Origin: Pseudomonadota bacterium
GTDB taxonomy: Bacteria > Pseudomonadota > Gammaproteobacteria > Burkholderiales > JALYOK01
Direction: 5' to 3'
DNA length: 34,801 nt
Assembly (NCBI GenBank): GCA_031371465.1
Contig: JANMJR010000185.1
Span: forward strand, 1 to 34,801
Below the pieces are notes generated by a model. It had not been told where the DNA came from and made no database searches. It saw only the letters and a list, made by a program, of their open reading frames with translations. Position numbers and translations under genes: made by a program. This document shows positions 24,241-32,466 of the stretch, in pieces (the first letter of the stretch is position 1; each line of letters starts with the position of its first letter).

Positions 24241-25334
24241 GGTGGAGGCGGAGATTCGGCGAGCTTCGTTTCCGATCGATTGCTGGGCGGCTGCGTGTTT
24301 CTGCCCTTAAGCTGCGCGATTTTTTTTGCTAGCGTAACAACGAACCCGTCTGGCGCGAGCATCACCGCAACTAATAAAATCAATCCCATCAGGACTAAGG
24401 CGTATTGGCTACCCTTGACCGCCAGTATTTGCGACAACCACACCAGAAACACGGTGGCGACGAGCGTCGCGGTGATATCTTTTCTGCCGCCCGCCGCGGT
24501 CCATACAATCGGCAGTGCCGCTGCCGTAAGGCCCATCGCGGAGGGCGTGATGTACGTGCCCCAAGTTGTGTACAGCACACCGCTCAGGCCCGCTAGAGCA
24601 CCGCCGATAACGAACACGATCAGTTGATAGCGGCGTATATCGTAACCGAGCATTTCCACTCTGCTGGGATTTTCGCGGATCGCGACCATCACATTGCCAA
24701 AGCGGGAATTCACCAGCATGCGCAACGCCAGATACAGCAGCACGACGAGCGCGACCAGGAACCAGAATAGGTAACGCCCTTCCAGGAAAATCTCGTCTTC
24801 GCCCGGCCACGGAATCGTCAACGGCGGCATGCCCGACATGCCGTTAAAGCCATTCAACCGAGCTGTGCCGATGACCCATTCCGGTCCCGCCGTCTGTGCC
24901 ATGAATGTTTCCAATACTAGGGTGATGGACAGTGTGACGATGCCGACGAACACGTCGCGAATACCGCCGTAAAACATGAAGTAACCGATGATCCACGCGA
25001 CTAACGCCGCCAGCGCAACAGCCAATAGCAGCGCAGCGAATGTCAAGCCGTAAGCGGCGCCATAGTTGAGGGTGATGACACCGTAGGTATAGCCTGCAAT
25101 TCCAAAAAATGCAGTTTGCCCAAAACTCAAAATACCGGTGTAACCCCACAACAACGACAGGCCCATGGCCATGAATACCCAGATGAAAAAGTAACCGATG
25201 TTGTTGACCAGATACTCATCTGCGAAAAACGGCAACACTACAAGCAGCAGCAAGACCGCGACGAAACCAAGCCAAAATCCGCGGCCGTTACCGAGGGTTT
25301 GCGGTCCGTTGAGTCGAGCGAACCAGCTAGCCAT
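24237..25334 (-). CDS. urtC: urea/short-chain amide ABC transporter permease UrtC-like (LivM type)
   Basis: 365 aa, polytopic, with a LivM-like core (GILSFGQTAFFGIAGY). It has a 4-nt overlap with the urtD-like start and an 8-nt overlap with the urtB-like stop. Confidence 0.75.
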   Translation of the reverse strand: MASWFARLNGPQTLGNGRGFWLGFVAVLLLLVVLPFFADEYLVNNIGYFFIWVFMAMGLSLLWGYTGILSFGQTAFFGIAGYTYGVITLNYGAAYGLTFAALLLAVALAALVAWIIGYFMFYGGIRDVFVGIVTLSITLVLETFMAQTAGPEWVIGTARLNGFNGMSGMPPLTIPWPGEDEIFLEGRYLFWFLVALVVLLYLALRMLVNSRFGNVMVAIRENPSRVEMLGYDIRRYQLIVFVIGGALAGLSGVLYTTWGTYITPSAMGLTAAALPIVWTAAGGRKDITATLVATVFLVWLSQILAVKGSQYALVLMGLILLVAVMLAPDGFVVTLAKKIAQLKGRNTQPPSNRSETKLAESPPPP

Positions 25335-26193
25335 TTCGGGCTCGCGATAGTACGCCGCTCAAGCCTGCGGGGAGGAGTCGAACGACCAGGATCACTGTAA
25401 TGAGCAATCCGATTTGGCCGGTGGTTTGCCCGAATCCCGACGCGAGAAGACTTTGAATAACGCCTAAGATGCCCGCGGCTGGCGCCGTTCCGACCAGCGC
25501 ATTTGCGCCGCCGACCACCACCGTGACAAAAGACTGAACGATAAACGCACTTCCCATCGTCGGTACTGTGGTCGTTGTCGGCGCATAGAGCGCACCGGCC
25601 ATTCCCGCCAGCGCGGCGCCCAGCCCGAAGGTGAGGCTGTAGACCCGGCCCGTATCGACGCCGAGCGCTTTTGCCATGTGGGGATTTTGTATGGTGGCTC
25701 GGGCACGCACACCGAACCTGGTTTTCATGAATAGCAAATACAACGCGATGAGCATCACCACGGCGATGGCCATCAACACTACACGGTAACTGGAAAACGA
25801 ATAGCCCCCCATGTTGAAACTGCCGAAGGGTGTCTTGATTCCTTCGATCGAGGGCCCTGCGACGATCAGCGTACCTTGCGTGGCGATTAGACTAATTGCC
25901 CATGTCGCCACAATGGAATCGAATAAGCGTTGATACAGATGGCGGATGATCAACCGCTCCAAAATGATACCGATGATGCCAGCCGCCAGAGCACCGCACA
26001 GCATGCAAATGGGCAACGGCAAATTCAAGCGGCTAGTCAGTACCGTCACGTAGGCGCCGCACATGATGAATTCGCCATGGGCCAAATTGATTACGCCCAT
26101 CATGCCGAAAATGATGGCAAGCCCCATGGCGGAGAGCACCAGAAATGTGAATGCATCTCCCCACTGGTACAGAAATGCGAAAAGCTCAGTCAA
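25327..26193 (-). CDS. urtB: urea/short-chain amide ABC transporter permease UrtB-like (LivH type)
   Basis: 288 aa, polytopic, with the LivH-type motif GVINLAHGEFIMCGAY. Confidence 0.75.
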   Translation of the reverse strand: MTELFAFLYQWGDAFTFLVLSAMGLAIIFGMMGVINLAHGEFIMCGAYVTVLTSRLNLPLPICMLCGALAAGIIGIILERLIIRHLYQRLFDSIVATWAISLIATQGTLIVAGPSIEGIKTPFGSFNMGGYSFSSYRVVLMAIAVVMLIALYLLFMKTRFGVRARATIQNPHMAKALGVDTGRVYSLTFGLGAALAGMAGALYAPTTTTVPTMGSAFIVQSFVTVVVGGANALVGTAPAAGILGVIQSLLASGFGQTTGQIGLLITVILVVRLLPAGLSGVLSRARNG

Positions 26194-26235
26194 GATATCA
26201 AGCCGCGAGTAAGTTGAAGCTGCAGTCCATCGAAA

Positions 26236-26258
26236 GAAGCGTTCAATTCGAACGCTTC
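26236..26258 (-). terminator. intercistronic stem-loop after the binding-protein gene (partial terminator or mRNA stabiliser)
   Basis: GAAGCGTTC-aattc-GAACGCTTC forms a 9-bp perfect stem. It lies in the 87-nt gap between the urtA-like stop and the urtB-like start. On the transcribed strand it is followed by TTTCG. Confidence 0.45.
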
Positions 26259-26280
26259 CCCGATGTCTTTCTTTTAAAGC

Positions 26281-27531
26281 TTACTTTTTCGGAAGATTGC
26301 TAGGTGTGTATTGCGAGTAGTCCGCCTTCTTGGACAGATCGCAACCAACATCGCCCAGCCAGTAGGGTTTAATATCGTTCCAGACTTTTGGAATTTTCAC
26401 TGAGTGGTCAGCCTGGACGTGCACCAAGTAAATCGTGTGGCTTTGATGATGGCTCTTCGGATCGATGCAAACTTTTCCAGAGGGACCATCGTGGCAGATG
26501 TCGCCACCTTCCAACGCTTTAGCTACGGCTTTTTTCTCTGTGGTTTTCGCTTTTTCGACCGCTTTGGCATAGAGATAAACCGCGGTATAGGAGTTGGCGG
26601 CCTCTTGGTTGATATAGGGCTCTTTAGGAAACTTGGCGCGGAAACGTTTGACGAAATCGGCGCTCGCCGGTGATTCGACTTCCTCAACATAATTCGCCGT
26701 CACAAACATGTCTTTGAGTGCCGGTGGTTTGAAACGCTTGTGCTCATAGGCTTGCCCGACGTTCACCGAACTGCCCATGGGAATATTGAGATTCGCCGCG
26801 ACTTGTTGCTCGTAAAACGACGCCTGATTAGCGCCGACCAGCAAGGTCATCAACACATCAGGCTTCGCCTTCTGAATCTTTTGTATGGTTTGGCTGAATT
26901 GAGAAACCGATAGCGGAATAAATTCTTCGCCCACCATCGTTCCGCCGTTTTGTTTAACGATGTTTCGCACCCACTCCGCCGATATTTGGCCAAAGTTATA
27001 GTCGGCTGCGATGGTGTAAACCTTCTTGCCATATTTCTCCATCATCCACGGCACCAGCGTGGAAAATTGCTGCTCCGGCACCGCGCCGGTGACGAATACA
27101 TTCGAATCGCAGACCCCCCCTTCATATTGGTTGTTGTAGAAGTACAGCATCTTGGCGCGATCCATGATGGGTCGTATCGCTTCGCGCGACGCGCTCGAGA
27201 ACGCACCGAACACGACATCGACTTTATCTTGCTGCGTGATACGCCGCGCCATTTCCTGGAATCGCGTGTTGTCCGATTGCGTATCGTAGTGGATCACTTG
27301 CAGTGGGCGACCCATGACGCCGCCCTTGGCATTGATCTCCTCCACCGCAAGCTGCACGGCGTGAATTTTGGGAATGACGGCGATGGCGAAGTTCCCCGAC
27401 TCGTCTTCGAGTAATCCAAGTTTAATCGGATCAGCAGCGTAGGCAGTGCGGCTATGGATTCCGCCTATCAGCGCGGCGCTTGCGATCAATGTGAATAAGG
27501 CGGTTTTTTTGTTTACCAGCAGACGTTTCAT
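26281..27531 (-). CDS. urtA: urea/short-chain amide ABC transporter substrate-binding protein (UrtA/FmdD/AmiC family)
   Basis: 416 aa. The signal peptide is MKRLLVNKKTALFTLIASAALIGGIHSRTAYA. DPIKLGLL, INAKGGVMGRPL and YNNQYEGGVCDSNVFVTGAVPEQQ match the UrtA/AmiC YEG...PNQQ region. A GGAGGG ribosome-binding site lies 7 nt upstream. Confidence 0.75.
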   Translation of the reverse strand: MKRLLVNKKTALFTLIASAALIGGIHSRTAYAADPIKLGLLEDESGNFAIAVIPKIHAVQLAVEEINAKGGVMGRPLQVIHYDTQSDNTRFQEMARRITQQDKVDVVFGAFSSASREAIRPIMDRAKMLYFYNNQYEGGVCDSNVFVTGAVPEQQFSTLVPWMMEKYGKKVYTIAADYNFGQISAEWVRNIVKQNGGTMVGEEFIPLSVSQFSQTIQKIQKAKPDVLMTLLVGANQASFYEQQVAANLNIPMGSSVNVGQAYEHKRFKPPALKDMFVTANYVEEVESPASADFVKRFRAKFPKEPYINQEAANSYTAVYLYAKAVEKAKTTEKKAVAKALEGGDICHDGPSGKVCIDPKSHHQSHTIYLVHVQADHSVKIPKVWNDIKPYWLGDVGCDLSKKADYSQYTPSNLPKK

Positions 27532-27639
27532 CAGACACCCTCCAAAGAGTTAAGACGAATTACAGTTGCCAAACAAACGGGAATTGTCGGTAGGCCATTC
27601 CGCCCTCCGACAGTCGTGTCCTGTGAGCACAAGACACTA

Positions 27640-27655
27640 AGCAGATTTTATGCCA
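27640..27655 (-). promoter_or_regulatory. candidate sigma-54 (-24/-12) promoter of the urt-like/formamidase operon
   Basis: The minus strand reads TGGCATAAAATCTGCT, with GG and GC at the canonical 12-nt offset of TGGCAC-N5-TTGCW. It lies about 105 nt upstream of the urtA-like ATG. Confidence 0.5.
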
Positions 27656-27904
27656 GGGGCCTCGACGCAGCAAGCGGTCGATTTTTATTGGAACGTAGCT
27701 TGGGTATTCTGAGACTTAGCGTAGCGAATGATTTTGCAGTGCTGCGCAACAAGGTACAGCACGCACGAAAATGACCCGCGATAGATAAGTGGGGCGCCAC
27801 CATCGACCAAAAAGAGAATCGTGGCCTGGAGGTGCTCAAACCGTCGCAGCCCGCAGCCGTGACGATGTTGTTCGCATGGTCGGCGGTGCACCGCCGCTGA
27901 TCCC

Positions 27905-28660
27905 CTAGACCGCGACGGTAAGCGCGCCGTCGATCACCAGATTGGTACCCGAAATGCGACTCGCCACTGGGCTCGAGAGAAACACGACGCCACTCGCAAC
28001 CTCGGCCGAGGTTCCGAACTTGCCGGTCGGATTGACTTTGAGCGTTGAACTGAACAGATCGGGCATATTTTTTTCAATCGTCTGCCAGATTCCGCCATCG
28101 AAATAGGTATTGCCGGGTGAAACACAGTTCACGCGAATGCCCTTGCTGACGAGCTGCCGGCTTAACCCTTTTGCATAATGGATCAATGCAGCTTTAAGTG
28201 CGCCGTAGGATCCAGCGGCAAAATCAACCTCGAAACCGGAAACGCTGGAAATCAATACAATCGAGCCGCAATTCGATTTCTCAAGAAAGGGTACTGCGGC
28301 GGCTACGGCGTTGACGGTATGCATCATATCGATACGAAATGATTTTTCCCAGGACTCGGCGGTATCGCCAACCGCAAGCGCACTGACGTTGCACACTAGC
28401 GCATCGATACCGCCCAGTTCACCCGCGCTAGCCGAGATCCATCCCGCCAACGCTGCCCCGTCGGCCACATCCAGCGCGCGCCCGAACGCGTTGACGCCTT
28501 GTGCTTTCAAGGCAGAGACTGCGGTGTTTACTTCATCGACGTTGCGCGCGCAGATCGAAACATGTGCGCCTTCGGCTGCGAAACCTTGCGCGATCGCGCG
28601 ACCGATTCCTTTGCTTCCGCCGGTGACAATTGCCCGTTTGCCTTTAAGTCCGAGGTCCAT
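27905..28660 (-). CDS. SDR family oxidoreductase
   Basis: 251 aa with TGGSKGIGRAIA (cofactor motif), SSVSG, and YGALKAA (the YxxxK catalytic pair). Confidence 0.88.
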   Translation of the reverse strand: MDLGLKGKRAIVTGGSKGIGRAIAQGFAAEGAHVSICARNVDEVNTAVSALKAQGVNAFGRALDVADGAALAGWISASAGELGGIDALVCNVSALAVGDTAESWEKSFRIDMMHTVNAVAAAVPFLEKSNCGSIVLISSVSGFEVDFAAGSYGALKAALIHYAKGLSRQLVSKGIRVNCVSPGNTYFDGGIWQTIEKNMPDLFSSTLKVNPTGKFGTSAEVASGVVFLSSPVASRISGTNLVIDGALTVAV

Positions 28661-29053
28661 GGCGCTTTTCCTTGTGAATGAGTAGGTTTAAATTCGGCAA
28701 AGCGCAAGGTCATACACCTACCGTTTCACCGCTCATCAATCTAGCGATATGCCGGTCAATCGTCAATCGCCATCCACGACAACCATCGCGCCGCAATACC
28801 AAAACCAGAGCGCAAATGTCGCCGCTACCGGTCGAAGTATCGTCCGATAGCGGCAGCACCGAAGACTACGCCGTGCCATGGCCCTTACAAAATGCAGAAC
28901 TACAAACGGGCTCAGCGGGAGGGTAACGGGCGCAGCGTTACATTGCTCGCTACGGTCGAATAATTCAGACCGATTTTCGCCACCAGGCGGCAGATGCGGC
29001 CGAACGCGACGATCTCCACGGTCCTGTTTCGGCAGTCTCGAGTGTGTTGATCG

Positions 29054-29761
29054 CTAAACGCTGAGTTGGCCGGCGATGCGCGCGTGCGCACCGAGTTCGT
29101 TCGCGTCGCCACGATCGACGATTTCACCGAGTTTCAGCACCGCGTAACGATCGGCGACGGCGAGCGCGAATTTAACGTGCTGTTCGATAAGGAGCATCGC
29201 GGTGTGCGACTGGTCCCGCTCTGATTTGAACACGCCAGCCAGCCGCTCAATGACCGATGGTTGCAAACCCTCGCTGATTTCATCCACCAGCATCAACTTC
29301 GGTTTGGTCATTAGCGCCCGCGCCACCAGCAGCATTTTTTGCTCGCCGCCGGATAGTGTACCCGCGCGCTGCTTCAAGCGTTGCGGCACGAAAGGGAAAT
29401 ACGCGCCGATGCGCTTCAGGCCGGGCTGCATTAACGCATCATTCGGCAATGCCAGGCGCAAGTTTTCTTCGACGGTCAGATCTTGAAACAGCGTTTGTTC
29501 CTGCGGCGTGTAGGCGATGGATTTGCGCGCGATGCGATGCGGCTGTGCACCGGTGATATTCTCGCCGAAGCATGTCACGCTTCCGGCGAGTGCCGGCAAA
29601 AATCCCATCACGGTTTTTAACAACGTGCTTTTGCCCATGCCATTCTTGCCGAGCAACGCAAAGATTTCGCCGGGCCGAATCGTCAGTTCCACATCACGTA
29701 TCACCACCGCTTCGCCATAGCCGCTGCTCAGGCCGCTGAGCTCCAGCGCGTTTATACTCAT
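29054..29761 (-). CDS. ABC transporter ATP-binding protein, LivF/UrtE-like
   Basis: 235 aa with GKNGMGKST, SGGEQKMLLVARAL and VDEISEGLQPSVI (UrtE-like EG-QPS motif). Confidence 0.8.
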   Translation of the reverse strand: MSINALELSGLSSGYGEAVVIRDVELTIRPGEIFALLGKNGMGKSTLLKTVMGFLPALAGSVTCFGENITGAQPHRIARKSIAYTPQEQTLFQDLTVEENLRLALPNDALMQPGLKRIGAYFPFVPQRLKQRAGTLSGGEQKMLLVARALMTKPKLMLVDEISEGLQPSVIERLAGVFKSERDQSHTAMLLIEQHVKFALAVADRYAVLKLGEIVDRGDANELGAHARIAGQLSV

Positions 29762-31569
29762 GTATGGGCGCCGTCACCGGAATAAATGGTGCGCACCAAC
29801 TCCGACTCGACGACGTCCGCCACGGTGCCGTCAAGCACGATCTTGCCTTGATGCAGCACGATCACCCGCGAGCTGATTTCGCGCACGAAATCTAGATCGT
29901 GTTCCACCAGCAAAATGCATAGGCGGTCTTTGCTCGTCAACTCGACCAAGATTTGGCCGATCAGCGTGCGTTCCGATTTAGTGAGGCCTGCCGTCGGCTC
30001 GTCGAGCAGCACGACGCTGGGTTCGAGCGCCAGCACCATGGCCAATTCCAGCGCTTGCTTTTGTCCGTGGGAAAGATGGCGCACTTCTACGCCGACTTGC
30101 TGATCCAGGCCGGTGGCGCGCATGATCTTCAGCACGCCCTCGGGCAAATCGAGCGTCGCGGCGCGCGACCACAGCGACGGTTTTTCCAGGCGCGTGCGCG
30201 CGATGCGCAGCGATTCCGCAACGCTAAGCGCATCGAACGTATTCGCGTTCTGGAATTTGCGCCCAACGCCGAACGCCACGCACTCATGGGGTGGTCGCCG
30301 CGCGATGTCGTGATCGTTAATCAATATCTTGCCGCCAGAACGCTCGCCGCCGTCGCCGATGCAACGCATCAGCGTGGTTTTGCCCGCGCCGTTCGGACCG
30401 ACCAGGCTCAGCAACTCGCCGTGTCGCGCTTTGAAGTCGATTCCCTCCAGTACCTGCAAGCTGCCGAAATTCTTTCGTACTTGTTCAATCGCGATCGCGC
30501 TAGACCCCGCGCTGGCGAGCCCCGCCAACGGCTCGGCGATTGCGGCTTGCAGTGTCGCGGTTTGCCCTGATTCGGTTTTGCCCGCTTTGTCTCGCCGGAT
30601 TATCGCGGTGACCAAGGGAGCGATGCCGCGCGGCAACGCGACGATCACCAAGACGAAAGCCAGGCCGATGACGAGTTTCCAGATATAGGGAAGATTGCCG
30701 CTGAGGTACGCGGTGCTGGTGTCGATTAATAGCGTGCCGATGACCGGACCGATTAGGGTGCCGCGCCCGCCCAGCGCGACCCAAATGACCAGTTCGGTCC
30801 CGAATACGAACCCCGTGTATTCCGGCGCCACCACCATTTGCACGCAGGCGAAAGCGTACCCCGCGATAGCGGCGATGACCGCACAAACGACCAGCAACAG
30901 AATCTTGATGCGTGATACGTTGATGCCTAGATATTCGCAGCGCGCTTCGTTTTCGCGGATCGCCACCAGCACGCGGCCGGCGTCGCTGCGCACGAACATC
31001 CACGCCCCGGCGGTGACCGCTACGAGAAACAGGCCCGCGATCCAAAACCAAGCTTGTAGCGAAACATCGAAACTTTCAAAACCGGACAGGCCGCTGCTCG
31101 AACCGGTGAACGCGCCGCCCGAATAGAGTATCTGCGACACGACGATGGGTAGCGCCAGCGACACCACGGAGGCGTACAACGGCGAGGCGCCGTGATAAAA
31201 CGACAGCCAACCGACCAGCATGGCGACCAGCACGGCCACACCGAGGCCCGCACCGAGCGCCAGCGCCGCGTGGCTCGGGCTGAAACCCATGTGGGTGAAA
31301 ATCAGCCCGGCTGCGTAGGCGCCGATGCCGAAGAAAGCCGATTGACCGAAGGTGAGTATGCCGGTGTATCCCCAGAGGATATCGACCGTGAGGGCGACCG
31401 CTGCATACAAAAAACCGCGAATCAAATTGTTAACGAGAAAATCGGATAAAAGATAAGGGCCGATCGCGATCAGCAGAAGCGCCGCGGCAACGCAAATCAG
31501 AACCCACCGCCCGTCGGAGTGCGGACGCATCCTCGCTCGAGAGGGCGCCGGGAGCGGTATGCTAGTCAC
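29758..31569 (-). CDS. fused ABC permease (LivM/UrtC type) and ATP-binding protein (LivG/UrtD type)
   Basis: 603 aa in a single ORF. Residues ~1-330 are polytopic (GILTFGQSAFFGIGAY). Residues ~350-603 form an ABC ATPase (GPNGAGKTT, LSHGQKQALELAM, LLDEPTAGL, VEHD). A 4-nt overlap with the downstream ATPase gene lies at 29758-29761. Confidence 0.8.
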   Translation of the reverse strand: MTSIPLPAPSRARMRPHSDGRWVLICVAAALLLIAIGPYLLSDFLVNNLIRGFLYAAVALTVDILWGYTGILTFGQSAFFGIGAYAAGLIFTHMGFSPSHAALALGAGLGVAVLVAMLVGWLSFYHGASPLYASVVSLALPIVVSQILYSGGAFTGSSSGLSGFESFDVSLQAWFWIAGLFLVAVTAGAWMFVRSDAGRVLVAIRENEARCEYLGINVSRIKILLLVVCAVIAAIAGYAFACVQMVVAPEYTGFVFGTELVIWVALGGRGTLIGPVIGTLLIDTSTAYLSGNLPYIWKLVIGLAFVLVIVALPRGIAPLVTAIIRRDKAGKTESGQTATLQAAIAEPLAGLASAGSSAIAIEQVRKNFGSLQVLEGIDFKARHGELLSLVGPNGAGKTTLMRCIGDGGERSGGKILINDHDIARRPPHECVAFGVGRKFQNANTFDALSVAESLRIARTRLEKPSLWSRAATLDLPEGVLKIMRATGLDQQVGVEVRHLSHGQKQALELAMVLALEPSVVLLDEPTAGLTKSERTLIGQILVELTSKDRLCILLVEHDLDFVREISSRVIVLHQGKIVLDGTVADVVESELVRTIYSGDGAHT

Positions 31570-32398
31570 GGGCGAATCCCTGGGGACGCAGGCGCAAAAT
31601 CAATGCCGCGAGGACGACGATGGTCAGCCCGCCCAACACCGGATTGCCGTAACTGCTGACCAGCACTTGCGCGCCGCCGAGCACCAGGCAGGCGACCGCA
31701 AGGCTCGCCAGCGACATGCCCGACACCAGCACCAGCATGAACGCGCTGACCAACCAGGGCACGCCGAGATTGGGATCAACGCTGGTGAGTGGCGTGATCA
31801 ACGCGCCGGCGAGGCTGGCCAACGCCGCCCCTAAAGAAAAGGTGATGAATCGAACTAAGCCACTGTTGATGCCTAAGCCCCGAGCGAGATTTTCGTTCAT
31901 AATCACTGCGCGCGTTTGCAAGCCGAGCCGCGTGCCGTTCAACACGGCGGCGAGCGCTAAGGCGAGGGCGATAGACGCAATCACCAGCAGCAATCGGTAA
32001 TGGGAGTAGGACGCGCCCAAAAAATTTACCGCGCCGGAAATCGGGCTTTTGACGAATTGCACTTCACGCCCGAAGACGAGGGTGATGAGTTGGCCGATGA
32101 TAATGCCTAAGCCCCAGGTGGCAAGAATCGCGTCCAGCGGACGCGAGTAAAGCGGGCGCATCACGAGCCGCTCGACTATCATGCCGCAAAAAAATCCAAT
32201 CACCAATGCGAAGGGGATCGACCACCAGGGGTTCAGCCCCAATGTGGTGACGAGTAAAGCGGAATAGCCGCCGATGGTGAGGAAACCGCCGTGGGCGAAG
32301 TTGATAATCTTCATGACGCCGAAGATGATCAACAAGCCCGCCGACACCGCGAACAGGATCGCGGCGGTGGTGATCACATCTAAAAACTGCGCGGTCAT
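31562..32398 (-). CDS. ABC transporter permease, LivH/UrtB type
   Basis: 278 aa, polytopic, with KIINFAHGGFLTIGGY. It has an 8-nt overlap with the next gene, the same geometry as urtB/urtC at 25327-25334. Confidence 0.8.
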   Translation of the reverse strand: MTAQFLDVITTAAILFAVSAGLLIIFGVMKIINFAHGGFLTIGGYSALLVTTLGLNPWWSIPFALVIGFFCGMIVERLVMRPLYSRPLDAILATWGLGIIIGQLITLVFGREVQFVKSPISGAVNFLGASYSHYRLLLVIASIALALALAAVLNGTRLGLQTRAVIMNENLARGLGINSGLVRFITFSLGAALASLAGALITPLTSVDPNLGVPWLVSAFMLVLVSGMSLASLAVACLVLGGAQVLVSSYGNPVLGGLTIVVLAALILRLRPQGFARD

Positions 32399-32404
32399 CG
32401 TGCC

Positions 32405-32436
32405 AGCGCGTCAGTATCGCGGCGAGCGATCGCGCT
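32405..32436 (-). other. intercistronic two-tier stem-loop after the binding-protein gene
   Basis: AGCGCG-tcagt-ATCGC-ggcga-GCGAT-CGCGCT lies in the 68-nt gap between the binding-protein stop (32467) and the permease start (32398). Confidence 0.3.
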
Positions 32437-32466
32437 TACGATGCACCCGCCGCGCAGGCTGCGACC

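Noticed and set aside
22814-27531. Calling the first transporter strictly urea-specific
   Set aside because: The Urt-type motifs are clear, but no urease genes are in the window and the operon ends in an FmdA/AmdA amidase. Substrate is therefore left as urea/short-chain amide, and the urt symbols indicate family only.
27881-27896. Perfect 16-bp palindrome CGGCGGTGCACCGCCG just downstream of the SDR stop, considered as an NtrC site or a terminator
   Set aside because: As a hairpin it has a 6-bp stem and 4-nt loop but no U-tract. As an NtrC site it lacks the TGCACC-N5-GGTGCA spacing. I cannot distinguish the two from sequence alone, so no feature was called.
28717-28726. 10-nt match (ctaccgtttc) to the MITE right terminal repeat, as a possible second element end
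   Set aside because: Only 10 nt match, with no partner inverted repeat and no flanking duplication. A 10-mer match is expected by chance in about 70 kb of two-strand search space.
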